Counted from the first letter of the stretch, positions 38,951-50,644 are shown. The stretch is DNA of 64,000 nucleotides from Heptranchias perlo (GCF_035084215.1 NC_090330.1:96906001-96970000), one strand, 5' to 3'. Notes: generated from the sequence alone by a model not told the origin. Program-made: numbers and translations.

Positions 38951-39055
38951 AAGCCACTAACGGAGATTAGAAAAACAGAGATCCAATTATTGCCACGTGA
39001 AGAATTCAACTCCATGCCTACTCATTGTGTTATAGTCCAGCAATTTTATTTTAAA

Positions 39056-39094
39056 TTCACAAGCTTTCGGAGATTTCCTCCTTCCTCAGGCAAA
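39056..39094 (-). ncRNA. Minimal hammerhead ribozyme motif (left arm)
   Basis: Mirror copy of 42658-42696. Confidence 0.75.
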
Positions 39095-39338
39095 TGTTTC
39101 AAGAGCTCCTTGAAGCCTACGCATTTATACATATAGAACAATACATGGTGTTTACAGACTGCCCCTGCAACTGCCCGTTGCCAAGGCAATCACCGTGTTC
39201 AGACAGAGAGGTGTCACCTGCAGAACCCCCGAATACACATTCAACAAAAAAACAAACAGGGAAAAAAAACAGAGAAAAAAAACAGAGAGAGGCAGAAACA
39301 TCCGGAAGGCAGAGAGAGCCAGCAAATGACCCATTATA

Positions 39339-40739
39339 TTAAAAACAGATAACATTTGTTCGCTGGTGGGGTAACGTGTAGCGTGACATGAACCCAAGAT
39401 CCCGGTTGAGGCCGTCCTCATGGGTGCGGAACTTGGCTATCAATTTCTGCTCGACGATTTTGCGTTGTCGTGTGTCTCGAAGGCCGCCTTGGAGTACGCT
39501 TACCCGAAGGTCGGTGGATGAATGTCCATGACTGCTGAAGTGTTCCCCGACTGGGAGGGAACCCTCCTGTTTGGTGATTGTTGCGCGGTGTCCGTTCATC
39601 CGTTGTCGCAGCGTCTGCATGGTCTCGCCAATGTACCATGCTCTGGGGCATCCTTTCCTGCAACGTATGAGGTAGACAACGTTGGCCGAGTCACAGGAGT
39701 ATGAACCATGCACCTGGTGGGTGGTGTCCTCTCGTGTGATGGTGGTATCTGTGTCGATGATCTGGCATGTCTTGCAGAGGTTACCGTGGCAGGGTTGTGT
39801 GGCGTCGTGGACGCTGTTCTCTTGAAAGCTAGGTAGTTTGCTGCGAACGATGGTCTGTTTGAGGTTGGGTGGCTGTTTAAAGGCGAGTAGTGGAGGTGTG
39901 GGGATGGCCATAGCGAGGTGTTTGTCCTCATTGATGACATGTTGAAGGCTGCGGAGAACATGGCGTAGTTTCTCCGCTCCGGGGAAGTACTGGACGACAA
40001 AGGGTACTCTGTTGGTTGCGTCCCGTGTTAGTCTCCTGAGGAGGTCTATGCGATTTTTTGCTGTGGCCCGTCGGAACTGTCGATCGATGAGTCGAGCGTC
40101 ATATCCCGTTCTTACTAGGGCGTCTTTCAGCGTCTGTAGGTGTCCATCGCGTTCCTCCTCGTCTGAGCAGACCCTGTGTATTCGCAGGGCCTGTCCATAG
40201 GGGATGGCCTCTTTGACGTGGTTAGGGTGGAAGCTGGAAAAGTGGAGCATCGTGAGGTTGTCCGTGGGCTTGCGGTAGAGTGAGGTGCTGAGGTGCCCGT
40301 CTTTGATGGAGATTCGTGTGTCCAAGAAAGAAACTGATTCTGAGGAGTAGTCCATGGTGAGCTTGATGGTGGGATGGAACTTGTTGATGTTATCGTGTAG
40401 TCTCTTTAGTGATTCCTTGCCGTGGGTCCATAGAAAGAAAATGTCGTCGATGTATCTGGTGTATAGTGTTGGTTGGAGGTCTTGTGCAGTGAAGAAGTCC
40501 TGCTCGAACTTGTGCATGAAAATGTTGGCGTATTGGGGTGCGAATTTGGTCCCCATGGCTGTTCCGTGTGTTTGGGTAAAGAACTGGTTATCGAAGGTGA
40601 AGACATTGTGATCCAGGATGAAGCGGATGAGTTGTAGGATGGCTTCCGGAGATTGGCTGTTGTTGGTGTTGAGTATTGATGCTGTCGCAGCGATGCCGTC
40701 ATCGTGGGGGATACTGGTGTATAGTGCCGAGACGTCCAT
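39339..40739 (-). CDS. PLE reverse transcriptase + GIY-YIG endonuclease, 5'-truncated (frame open upstream to ~40886)
   Basis: MDVSALYTSIPH, GTAMGTKFAPQYANIFM, YTRYIDDIF, SFLD, Cys linker PCHGNLCKTC, NVVYLIRC..WYIGET..RMNGH..EHF..GLN; no stops. Confidence 0.93.
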   Translation of the reverse strand: MDVSALYTSIPHDDGIAATASILNTNNSQSPEAILQLIRFILDHNVFTFDNQFFTQTHGTAMGTKFAPQYANIFMHKFEQDFFTAQDLQPTLYTRYIDDIFFLWTHGKESLKRLHDNINKFHPTIKLTMDYSSESVSFLDTRISIKDGHLSTSLYRKPTDNLTMLHFSSFHPNHVKEAIPYGQALRIHRVCSDEEERDGHLQTLKDALVRTGYDARLIDRQFRRATAKNRIDLLRRLTRDATNRVPFVVQYFPGAEKLRHVLRSLQHVINEDKHLAMAIPTPPLLAFKQPPNLKQTIVRSKLPSFQENSVHDATQPCHGNLCKTCQIIDTDTTITREDTTHQVHGSYSCDSANVVYLIRCRKGCPRAWYIGETMQTLRQRMNGHRATITKQEGSLPVGEHFSSHGHSSTDLRVSVLQGGLRDTRQRKIVEQKLIAKFRTHEDGLNRDLGFMSRYTLPHQRTNVICF

Positions 40740-41012
40740 CGTGGTGAGAAGTGTTCCTGGTTCAACTGGTCCGTGGGTACTGAGTTTTTGTAGGAAGTCT
40801 GTAGTGTCGCGACAGAAGCTGGGGGTTCCCTGTACGATGGGTTTCAGGATGCCCTCGATGTATCCAGAGAGGTTCTCACACAGGGTTCAGGCATCGAGGG
40901 CATCCTGAAACCCATCGTACAGGGAACCCCCAGCTTCTGTCGCGACACTACAGACTTCCTACAAAAACTCAGTACCCACGGACCAGTTGAACCAGGAACA
41001 CTTCTCACCACG

Positions 41013-42413
41013 ATGGACGTCTCGGCACTATACACCAGTATCCCCCACGATGACGGCATCGCTGCGACAGCATCAATACTCAACACCAACAACAGCCAAT
41101 CTCCGGAAGCCATCCTACAACTCATCCGCTTCATCCTGGATCACAATGTCTTCACCTTCGATAACCAGTTCTTTACCCAAACACACGGAACAGCCATGGG
41201 GACCAAATTCGCACCCCAATACGCCAACATTTTCATGCACAAGTTCGAGCAGGACTTCTTCACTGCACAAGACCTCCAACCAACACTATACACCAGATAC
41301 ATCGACGACATTTTCTTTCTATGGACCCACGGCAAGGAATCACTAAAGAGACTACACGATAACATCAACAAGTTCCATCCCACCATCAAGCTCACCATGG
41401 ACTACTCCTCAGAATCAGTTTCTTTCTTGGACACACGAATCTCCATCAAAGACGGGCACCTCAGCACCTCACTCTACCGCAAGCCCACGGACAACCTCAC
41501 GATGCTCCACTTTTCCAGCTTCCACCCTAACCACGTCAAAGAGGCCATCCCCTATGGACAGGCCCTGCGAATACACAGGGTCTGCTCAGACGAGGAGGAA
41601 CGCGATGGACACCTACAGACGCTGAAAGACGCCCTAGTAAGAACGGGATATGACGCTCGACTCATCGATCGACAGTTCCGACGGGCCACAGCAAAAAATC
41701 GCATAGACCTCCTCAGGAGACTAACACGGGACGCAACCAACAGAGTACCCTTTGTCGTCCAGTACTTCCCCGGAGCGGAGAAACTACGCCATGTTCTCCG
41801 CAGCCTTCAACATGTCATCAATGAGGACAAACACCTCGCTATGGCCATCCCCACACCTCCACTACTCGCCTTTAAACAGCCACCCAACCTCAAACAGACC
41901 ATCGTTCGCAGCAAACTACCTAGCTTTCAAGAGAACAGCGTCCACGACGCCACACAACCCTGCCACGGTAACCTCTGCAAGACATGCCAGATCATCGACA
42001 CAGATACCACCATCACACGAGAGGACACCACCCACCAGGTGCATGGTTCATACTCCTGTGACTCGGCCAACGTTGTCTACCTCATACGTTGCAGGAAAGG
42101 ATGCCCCAGAGCATGGTACATTGGCGAGACCATGCAGACGCTGCGACAACGGATGAATGGACACCGCGCAACAATCACCAAACAGGAGGGTTCCCTCCCA
42201 GTCGGGGAACACTTCAGCAGTCATGGACATTCATCCACCGACCTTCGGGTAAGCGTACTCCAAGGCGGCCTTCGAGACACACGACAACGCAAAATCGTCG
42301 AGCAGAAATTGATAGCCAAGTTCCACACCCATGAGGACGGCCTCAACCGGGATCTTGGGTTCATGTCACGCTACACGTTACCCCACCAGCGAACAAATGT
42401 TATCTGTTTTTAA
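41013..42413 (+). CDS. PLE reverse transcriptase + GIY-YIG endonuclease, 5'-truncated
   Basis: 466 aa, identical to the left copy except R>H (KFRTH/KFHTH). Confidence 0.93.
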   Translation: MDVSALYTSIPHDDGIAATASILNTNNSQSPEAILQLIRFILDHNVFTFDNQFFTQTHGTAMGTKFAPQYANIFMHKFEQDFFTAQDLQPTLYTRYIDDIFFLWTHGKESLKRLHDNINKFHPTIKLTMDYSSESVSFLDTRISIKDGHLSTSLYRKPTDNLTMLHFSSFHPNHVKEAIPYGQALRIHRVCSDEEERDGHLQTLKDALVRTGYDARLIDRQFRRATAKNRIDLLRRLTRDATNRVPFVVQYFPGAEKLRHVLRSLQHVINEDKHLAMAIPTPPLLAFKQPPNLKQTIVRSKLPSFQENSVHDATQPCHGNLCKTCQIIDTDTTITREDTTHQVHGSYSCDSANVVYLIRCRKGCPRAWYIGETMQTLRQRMNGHRATITKQEGSLPVGEHFSSHGHSSTDLRVSVLQGGLRDTRQRKIVEQKLIAKFHTHEDGLNRDLGFMSRYTLPHQRTNVICF

Positions 42414-42657
42414 TATAATGGGTCATTTGCTGGCTCTCTCTGCCTTCCGGATGTTTCTGCCTCTCTCTGTTTTTTTTCTCTGTTTTTTTTCCCTGTTTGT
42501 TTTTTTGTTGAATGTGTATTCGGGGGTTCTGCAGGTGACACCTCTCTGTCTGAACACGGTGATTGCCTTGGCAACGGGCAGTTGCAGGGGCAGTCTGTAA
42601 ACACCATGTATTGTTCTATATGTATAAATGCGTAGGCTTCAAGGAGCTCTTGAAACA

Positions 42658-42696
42658 TTTGCCTGAGGAAGGAGGAAATCTCCGAAAGCTTGTGAA
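42658..42696 (+). ncRNA. Minimal hammerhead ribozyme motif (right arm)
   Basis: tttgc-CTGAGGA-a-ggag-gaaat-ctcc-GAAA-gc-tt-gtgaa; predicted cleavage after 42691. Confidence 0.75.
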
Positions 42697-42822
42697 TTTA
42701 AAATAAAATTGCTGGACTATAACTTGGTGTTGTAAAATTGTTTACAATTGTCAACCCCAGTCCATCACCGGCATCTCCACATCATACTCATTGTGTGGCA
42801 TTGTACCTCGAATGAATATATT

Positions 42823-44823
42823 GGGCTCGATATTAGCACCCGCTATCGGGTGCGTTCCTGGCGGGGGGGCTCCGAAAATCGGCGATTCCCGGGGCGGGTC
42901 CGGAGCCAGGCTCCAACCCGCCCACTTCTGGGTTTCCCACGGACGCGCTGACATGCGCGCGCAGCCCCCGCATGTGGAACTCCCGCCGGCAATTAAAGCC
43001 AGCGGGATGCCACTTAAAGTATTTATTTAGGTATTTCAGGCCGTTTACAGACCTGATTAAGGAGACTGTTTCCCATACTGGGGCAAACACTCCGAGTTAA
43101 AATGGACGTGTTGCAGCCATCAGCCTGTGGCAGCTGCAAAGGTCCATTTGACAGGTGGTGGGGGGAGACCCTCACTCATTGCAGGAGGCCACTCTGTCAC
43201 TTTGGACAAAGTTTGGCCTCCACCACCCTCCTCCTGACAATCAAATTCACAAACTTGCACACTTTCCCCGGTGTCCAGACACATGTACCTACCTTGCGGA
43301 CCCCCTCAGATGTACATCTTCCGGATGAGGGCCGCCGTAGCTGCAGTCATGACCTCCTCGGAGGGCGAACAGCATCACCAGCCTCGCCGGCCATGCCGTC
43401 CACCTCTGACACATGGAGCTCCACAACACAGTGCTGTGACACATCCACCTGCACAGCAGGTGGGAGGGCAATAGCAGAGAGAGATGCGTCACAGAGGGCA
43501 CTACCCTCGCCACAGGGTCCACAGACCGAGGCTCAGCTTCCTGGACCTCTCTGAGCAGCAGTGCACACGGAGGCTCAGAGTCACTCGACATGTAGTCGTG
43601 GACATCTGCAGCCTCCTTCATGCCGAGCTGCTCCCGGCTGGCCCGAGCACCATCTTCTTACCTGTCGCTGTCAAAGTCACCACTGCCCTCAACAACTTCT
43701 CCTCCGCATCCTTCCAGGGTGCCACCGGGGACATCGCCGACGTCTCTCAGTCGTCTGCACAAAAGAGCCCTGCAAATACACCTACACCCACTCTGCAGTG
43801 ACACAATGGGTGGCATCAGGTGTGGGTCTTCATTGTGATCCTCAGGAAAGGACATTGTTGCACAAACCAGACAAGATTCGCAAAGACATGGCAGTAGTGG
43901 TGCCAATATAATATGTGATGTGAGTTGGTCAGAAATTAAATATAAGTAAAAACCATGACAAACCCTCAAACGCCCTTGTGCATCCCCTTCATGCTCATGA
44001 CACGTTTGTCTTACGCTGCCTACTGCACATATGCGATGCATGCCCTGTGGCTGCAGCACAGGTAGTGGCAGGTTGAGTGAGGCTGACCGTGAAAGAGCTG
44101 CATGAGAGGGTGAGTATGAGATAGAGCCATGAGATTGTATGAGGATTGGGTTGAGTGGTAGTGGTGGGATGAGTACTGGCGAGGTGAGTAAGTGCAGGTA
44201 AGATGAGGATGAGGTTTGAGTGGGTGTGAGGGGTGATGTGACAGAGTAGTGTTGGCAGTGCAGAAGGAGATGTGGGGTGGGGGCGGTGATGTGGCAGACG
44301 GAGTGTAGGGGAATGAGTAAGTGTACTCACTTTGGCTGACCTACTTAGGTCATTGCAGGTGGGCGATATGTTGGTGGTGCAGGTGACCTCCTCTGCCACC
44401 TCGAGCCAGGCCTTCTTGGTGGCAGAGGCAGGCCGCTTCCTTCCGCTCGCCGAGGGGAAAGATCTCTGTCCTCCCCCTCCTCCTCACCCCATCCAATGAT
44501 ACCTGGAGTGAGGCATCATTAAACCTGGGAGCAGCCTTCCCCCTGGGCTGCTCCATGCTGTAACTTTTCCTATTTCTTACAGCATCAGTCAGTGGAGGAC
44601 TGCCCCTTTAAATAGAGCTCCTCCAGCTGACAGACCTTACTGCACATGCCCAGTCCGCCCGACGCGCAGCTCAGCAGTGGGGAACCCGGAACAACAGGTA
44701 AGTGGATCCAATCAGCCTGCGATTGCGTTCGGGGCAGACTGATTTCACCGGGCGCGTTACCCACGCGCCCAATCGCCGCGCCCCCTCCCGCCGCGAACCC
44801 GTTGCCCAGGTAATATCAAGCCC
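42823..44823. mobile_element. Internally deleted Harbinger transposon
   Basis: TIRs gggctcgatatta / taatatcaagccc, TSD att/att; HARBI1 N-terminus on + (43484: RPRLSFLDLSEQQCTRRLR..LPVAVKVTTALNNFSSASFQGATGDIADVSQSS); Myb exon on - (44556: MEQPRGKAAPRFNDASL..KKAWLEVAEEV..CNDL). Confidence 0.9.
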
Positions 44824-44989
44824 ATTCTGTTTCATATGTTTAACCAGCTTCTTATCTGCTTTCATGTTCTATCCTGGATTCCTGTGGCTTTAAGTTTGAT
44901 TGGATGTTTTTCATGTTAACTATATAATAGGGAGTTCAATTATCTGCTTTCGCTCTAATGTCCTCAAAGTAGCCAAGGAAGTTTGTTAT

Positions 44990-45259
44990 GCAGAATTTTC
45001 CCTTTCTAAATCCATGCTACTTCTAATTATGTTATTGTTATATAGTTATTCCTTGAGCGTAGGTCTTAGAATAATAAAAGCAGAATGTTCTCTTTCTAAA
45101 TCTATGCTGCTTCTAATTATGTTATTGTTATATAGTTACTTCTTGAGCTTACCTCTTAGAATAATGCAAGCGGAATGTTCTCTTACTAAGTCCATGCTGT
45201 TTCTAATTAAATTACCACAGCACAGTAACTCTATGAGGTTGCCTCTTAGGGTAATTTCC
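44990..45259 (+). repeat. 90-bp tandem repeat, 3 units
   Basis: Units start at 44990, 45080, 45170 (gcagaat..tctaaatccatgct.cttctaatta..). Confidence 0.9.
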
Positions 45260-45289
45260 ATCATTCCATAATTTCCCCTAAATTAGGGG

Positions 45290-46900
45290 GTCAACAGGTG
45301 GTATAGGAAGGACATCTATCAAAGTGTAATTAATGTAATACATGGACAAGTAATTTGGTAGACAAATAATAATCATCTGTTCAAGAAGGAAGAGAAGGAT
45401 AAACTGGGTAACAATACACCAGTTAGTCAAACATCATCTGTGGGCAAACTTTTAGAATCCATAATTCTAGATAAAATTAGTGAGTATTTAGAAATGCAGG
45501 GCGCCCAGCATGGATTTTTGGTAAAGGCAAGTCATTTTTGACATCATTAATAGAGTTTTGTGAACAAGTGACTGATTCTATACATAAAAGGAATGCAGTG
45601 GGTGTGGTTTATATGGATTTTAATAAGGTTCCTTACTGGAGGCTTACTGAAAAAAATCAGGTGCATGGTATAAAAGGAAATGTAGCAGCATGGTTAGGAA
45701 TTTGGACTAGAAACTAAGGGATAGGAGCAATGGATGTTGCTCTGATAACAAAAAAAAATGAAAATGGTGTACCCCAGGGTCAGTGCTGGGCCCACTTTGG
45801 TTCTCAGTAATTATGATTTGGACTTAGGCATAAGGAGTGCAAAATCAAATTTGCTGACAATTCAAAAGTAGGATGGTTTTGAATCCAATGAGGAGGACTA
45901 TAAATGACATCAGAAAGACAGAGACAGGTACCAGAATGGGCAGACAAGTGGCAAACACAATTTAGAATGGAAAAGGGTGAGGTAATACATATTGGAAGGA
46001 AAAATAGGTAATAGGAATATGTAGTCAATAGAAAGATGCTGAATGATTTGAATGAACAAAGAGACTTAGGAGTTCAAACATATAATTCCCTGAAAGCGTA
46101 AGTAGATTGAGCCATAAAAAATGTTGGCAGTATTTTGGATTTTATAAATAGAGGCATAGTGTACAAGTTTATTGCAGTAATGATAAATTTGTACACAGCA
46201 ATAGTTAGGCAATAGTTGGGGTGCTGTATGCAATCTTAGGTGCCCTTTACAGAAAGCACATTAAAGCCATAGTGTACGGTGTACATTCACAGAATGATTC
46301 CAGGGATGGAAAAATATATTTATGAGAACAGCCTTGAAATATTGATACTGGGGCAGCCAAAGATAAGAGAAAATTTTATAGAAGTTTTACAAATTATAAA
46401 GGGTTTTGATAGGGTGAAGAGGGGAAGACTATTTTCTTTGTTTTGGGGTCATCAGTTTAAAATTGTCACTAACAGAGTAAGGAGAGTGGTTCTGTATTGT
46501 ATACAGAGGGTTGTTGGAGCATGGAATGCTTTGCCACAGAGAGTGGTGAAGGCAGAGACCATTAAATCTTTAAAGAGAAAACTGGCTGAATATTTGAAGC
46601 AGAGGGAGATACAAGGCTACATGGAGAGAATAGGAAAGTGGGATTTGTTTTGGATTTCTCTAGCAAAGGGCTGTCACAGATACAATGGAGTTGAATTTCA
46701 ACTTCAGTGAGGGCGCAAAGCGGACAGTAGTGCATGTTAACACCCCCCAATCCCCCACCCCGCTTTGCGTTCAATGGAAAAGAAAATCAGATGGGCTATA
46801 TACGAGCAGTAATTCTGCTACCACCATTTTGCACCCCTGCTGATATTGAATTTCACTCCCAATGGGTCAAATGCCCGCCTTCTATGCTGTAAACCTTCAA
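45290..46900 (+). mobile_element. Diverged CR1 LINE (RT to 3' tail)
   Basis: QHGF, GVVYMDF, GVPQGSVLGP remnants; ORF 46279-46710 QRVVGAWNALP; tail split by a MITE. Confidence 0.85.
46687..46860. mobile_element. MITE with 3-bp TSD
   Basis: TIRs ggagttgaatttcaa / ttgaatttcactcc, TSD aat/aat; removing it restores the CR1 tail gatacaatgggtcaaatg. Confidence 0.8.
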
Positions 46901-47948
46901 CCTTCAAATTGGCATTAATGCTGACTAAAATTTTAAGGAACTATTAATCAAATGCAAAAACAAACCCAAATGCTGAGGATATCTCCCAGCTGATGCACAT
47001 ATAAAGGATAATCTTAACCTATCCCGCCCGGCGGGAAACTGACAGGATCGGATCAGGCTCTCGTTTTACAACCCGCCCTATTTCACTTTGCATTGACTTC
47101 AATGAAAGCAGCCAAGTTTTGTGAGAAAATGTAATATGTAAAAGTGTTTCACCTGGTGATATATTGTGTATACGTGCACACAACCAAAATTGAATTTTTA
47201 TTGTCATTTCTATACATTCATTTTTAGGTATGAGTATATCTTCTCCAGCTCTGGAGTGCAAAATTATGATCTAAAATATTGTTATCTATGGCAAGGGCAC
47301 ATAGGCAAGAGGGCATTTAAAAAAAAATTTTATTAGAATTTGATAAAGTTTTCAGTAACGTTAATACATGTGTCAGTGCAATGAACATTTAAGAGTTTTT
47401 CATGAAATACAGCCCGGTTAAGGTGTTAACTAGAGCGAATGTTCTTTTGCCTACATTTTATATTTGGTCACAAATCCATCCATAAGTTAGCTGAAAGAAA
47501 GAAATACTAGTGAGGAACAGTTGCAAAAAACAAAGTTACGATTCACGAATATAATGAAAGAATGACTGGGACTTACTCGAACTAGTGAGGTCATCTGTTT
47601 ATTTTATGGATGTATGGTTCCTGCTAGAACTGTAAATGAACCTTCAAATAAAATTCAGGAACACCACACGCTGATGATAATCGTTCAATGTTATTTCACA
47701 AATGTGCAATAAACCTTTGGCTTTTCACATATAAGAAGTAATAATTCTGCCCAGAGTGTAAGTATCAAATCAGTCACATAGGATAAATTAGAAACTGTTA
47801 TCAGAACCTGTGCTTTAAATGACTCAAATGACTACAAATCAATAACGTAAACTATTATGCTCATTTCACACACAGAACAGACCTATTCTCGATTTGTTGT
47901 CTTAGACTTCAGATCGATTGGTGAGCAAGGCTTATTAAGTTCAATAAT

Positions 47949-48030
47949 CATAGGAACATAGGAATTGCTAGATGAAAAAAGACCAAGGTCCATCTAATTC
48001 GCCTTCTACCATCCTGGTAGTCACATGATA
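47949..48030 (-). mobile_element. CR1-like 3' tail
   Basis: Reverse strand gatggaccttggtcttttttcatctagcaattcctatgttcctatg. Confidence 0.6.
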
Positions 48031-50644
48031 CAATGATAATGGAGTTGTTGACTAATCATAGCAATCAGGTTGTAGCTGAATTTGTATATTGAGAATGCAA
48101 TCATAAACAGGAAATAGGCATGATAGTTTATCTCTGACATTGTGTATGTACGAACATTGTCACTGCTAAGAACGACACGGCAACACCACTATGAAAATAA
48201 TGCTGTCCTTCACTGGTGTTCAATTCAGAATTTGACTATGAACATTGGACAGTGGAAAACATGTTTTCTATTGAGTACACCCATGTTATAGTGTTCTTTG
48301 GAGTGACAGAAGATACCATTTATTGGATAACCAGAAATCAATAATCTATTTTACATGCAATATATAGATGTAATTACTCCTTTTAGAGGTTCCAAAGTTC
48401 TAGAAAAAATTGTTGAAGCAAGGTTATACTTCCAAACCATATATCCATATTACAAATATTCTAGTGGCTAGAATGAGTGTTACTGCTCTCAAGTATTGAA
48501 GGTAAGTTGGTGAAAACCAATGTTACTTTTTTTTTGTAAGAACTTTTGAGATTTGATATTAAAACAGGAGTTTTTATTCAAATCTGAGGAAATTTGGTTC
48601 TGTCAATGGCCATTTTGAATCAAGTAGAACGATTAAAAACCCATGTTATAAAATATCTGCTGAAGCACTATGGTTTTTCTAACTCATCAAACATGTTTTG
48701 ATTTGAAAGTAGCAGCGAGATTATACACAGTGGAAATGGGCAGCAGCCATTTTGCGAATGGCAACAACACAAATGGAGTTAATGTAGCAGTCCTCAAGGA
48801 GAAAGGATACATAAGATAATGCAGATGTAGAATGTCAGATTACCACTGGTAACTATGTGTGATATAGTACTGATTTCAAGGCTATTCAAATCATCACAGA
48901 AAGTAACTGCAACAAGCTGAGAAATATCTCTTCCAAAAGAATGACACATTATCCTTGTCCCCATGAATTAGCATCAACTATATAAGGAAAAAAGCCTGAG
49001 TGGAGGGAGGGGAGCACTATGTCTTCAGATGAATTGGTTTACTTGTTCATAACTTTACAGACCCAGCCTTGATTGAGTGGAGATCTGCTTGTTTATTTTC
49101 TGGATACAGAACTAGTTATCAGACTTGAGGCTGTTCAGCGAGTACAAATAGAAAAGGAACATTAAAAAAAAAGATTTTAATTGAAACTCAACTTGAAAGA
49201 AATTACTGCAACATTCTATGCACTGCATATAGTAATTTAATCAAAGAAGATTGTTCTAACAACCAATAAAAGGGAATGTTGCCCAAATTGAGACTTGAAT
49301 GAAATTTAAACAGTACTTTTTGAACAATAGAAATTTTGGCTTAGCTTCAGGATAGTCAGTTGGAAAGTTTAATTTGAAAAAATAAAGTATAAATTATGTT
49401 ATTTGACTCCAGTCTAGATCTTTCATAAAGAACCACAGGCATTTATTTAGTTTATTAATGAAGTGGTTCATGGGAACAATGATTTTCAAACCATTCAAAT
49501 TACATTCAGAATTCACAGTTCGATACGTACTTTGGGTATACATGTTAGTCAATTATTTACCAGCAGATTGAATCTAAGTGTAGAATGCTTACATACCAAT
49601 ATTCAATAAGCATTGATCTGTCGGCAAAACAAAAAAAAAAATCACTGCTGACTATCGCTGTTTAAAATGTCTGTATAGATTGCCGTAAATAAGCTTTATT
49701 CAGCAGCATCAGCAGAGAGTATTCATTTGATAAAGACTGAATTGCTCTGAAAATAAATTACTTTAATAAATGCATATGCGATTGTTTTTTCTGAGTGACT
49801 GCCTGATCAGGCTGTAATTTAGCTAATACTATGTGACTTGAAAGATGCAAATTTTAAAGGCCAAAATAGCTTGCAATTGATTGCTATGAAGCCCCTTGTA
49901 ACCCGTATAATTTTTGTTTGAAGTGTATAATTTTGCGGTGCATGAACACAATGCGTAATTGCCCCCAATTCTCACCATTTCAAAACCTTATCTATTCATC
50001 GTTCATTTAAATGCATAGGTTTAGCACTCATCCAGTGTTGTAAGTATACACTCAAAGTTACTTAAGGTGCTCCAAACTGGATTATAGCTGTGAATGAAAA
50101 AGTTGTATTTACAAATAGAATAATTTTCATATTTTATACAAAGCCCTCTTAAGTGTATATAATATAAAAATCAGTTACTTGCAAAATTGAAGTGCAGTGT
50201 ATTTTTTAAAATTATAGTTTCAGGAGTTTACGTTCACATATATATATGTTATGACACTACTTTGATTACATGATATTGGGGGAATAGTATTTTGTTAATT
50301 CGGTGTCTTATCGTGGCAGTTAATACACTGGGAGCAATGTGGGTTTAAAGCTAAATGCAATTCATTTGGTGTTGGTTCCTGGGGTATGTTGAGTGAGAAG
50401 AACAAGGGGATCCTGGTTACTAGAGTTCCTATTGGCTAGAATGCTCGTCCTTGCCATGCTTTTGGATCGGACTGTGCTAGTTTGTTTGCTCCTTCCATGA
50501 GGTCATTTGGGCGTTGGGGGAGGGTTGGGTATTTGTGTTGAATGTATGTTCAGGAGCATTACCCAGGCTGCCTGCTACTTCCCCACTTCCACAGGGAAGA
50601 CAAACAGCATTTGTCCCAATTGGGAAATATGCCATAAGAAAGAA

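Larger units (their letters stand above)
39029..42784. mobile_element. Penelope-like retroelement (Neptune-type) inserted as a 3.7-kb head-to-head inverted duplication
   Basis: Arms 39029-40860 and 40892-42723 are reverse complements apart from two differences I found; spacer 40861-40891; sense tail 42724-42784; TSD tactcattgtgt 39019-39030/42785-42796. Confidence 0.97.

Noticed and set aside
39094-42658. Overlapping alternative ORFs in the PLE (e.g. 39596-40000, 40406-40765, 41752-42156)
   Set aside because: Shadow frames of a GC-rich coding region with no recognisable motifs
39029-42723. Palindrome as an assembly fold-back artefact
   Set aside because: Unique flanks with a TSD, a one-sided tail, CpG-type arm differences and five smaller copies with the same layout
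48960-49000. TATA-box promoter (attagcat..tatataagg)
   Set aside because: Short motifs expected by chance in AT-rich DNA, with no supported downstream exon
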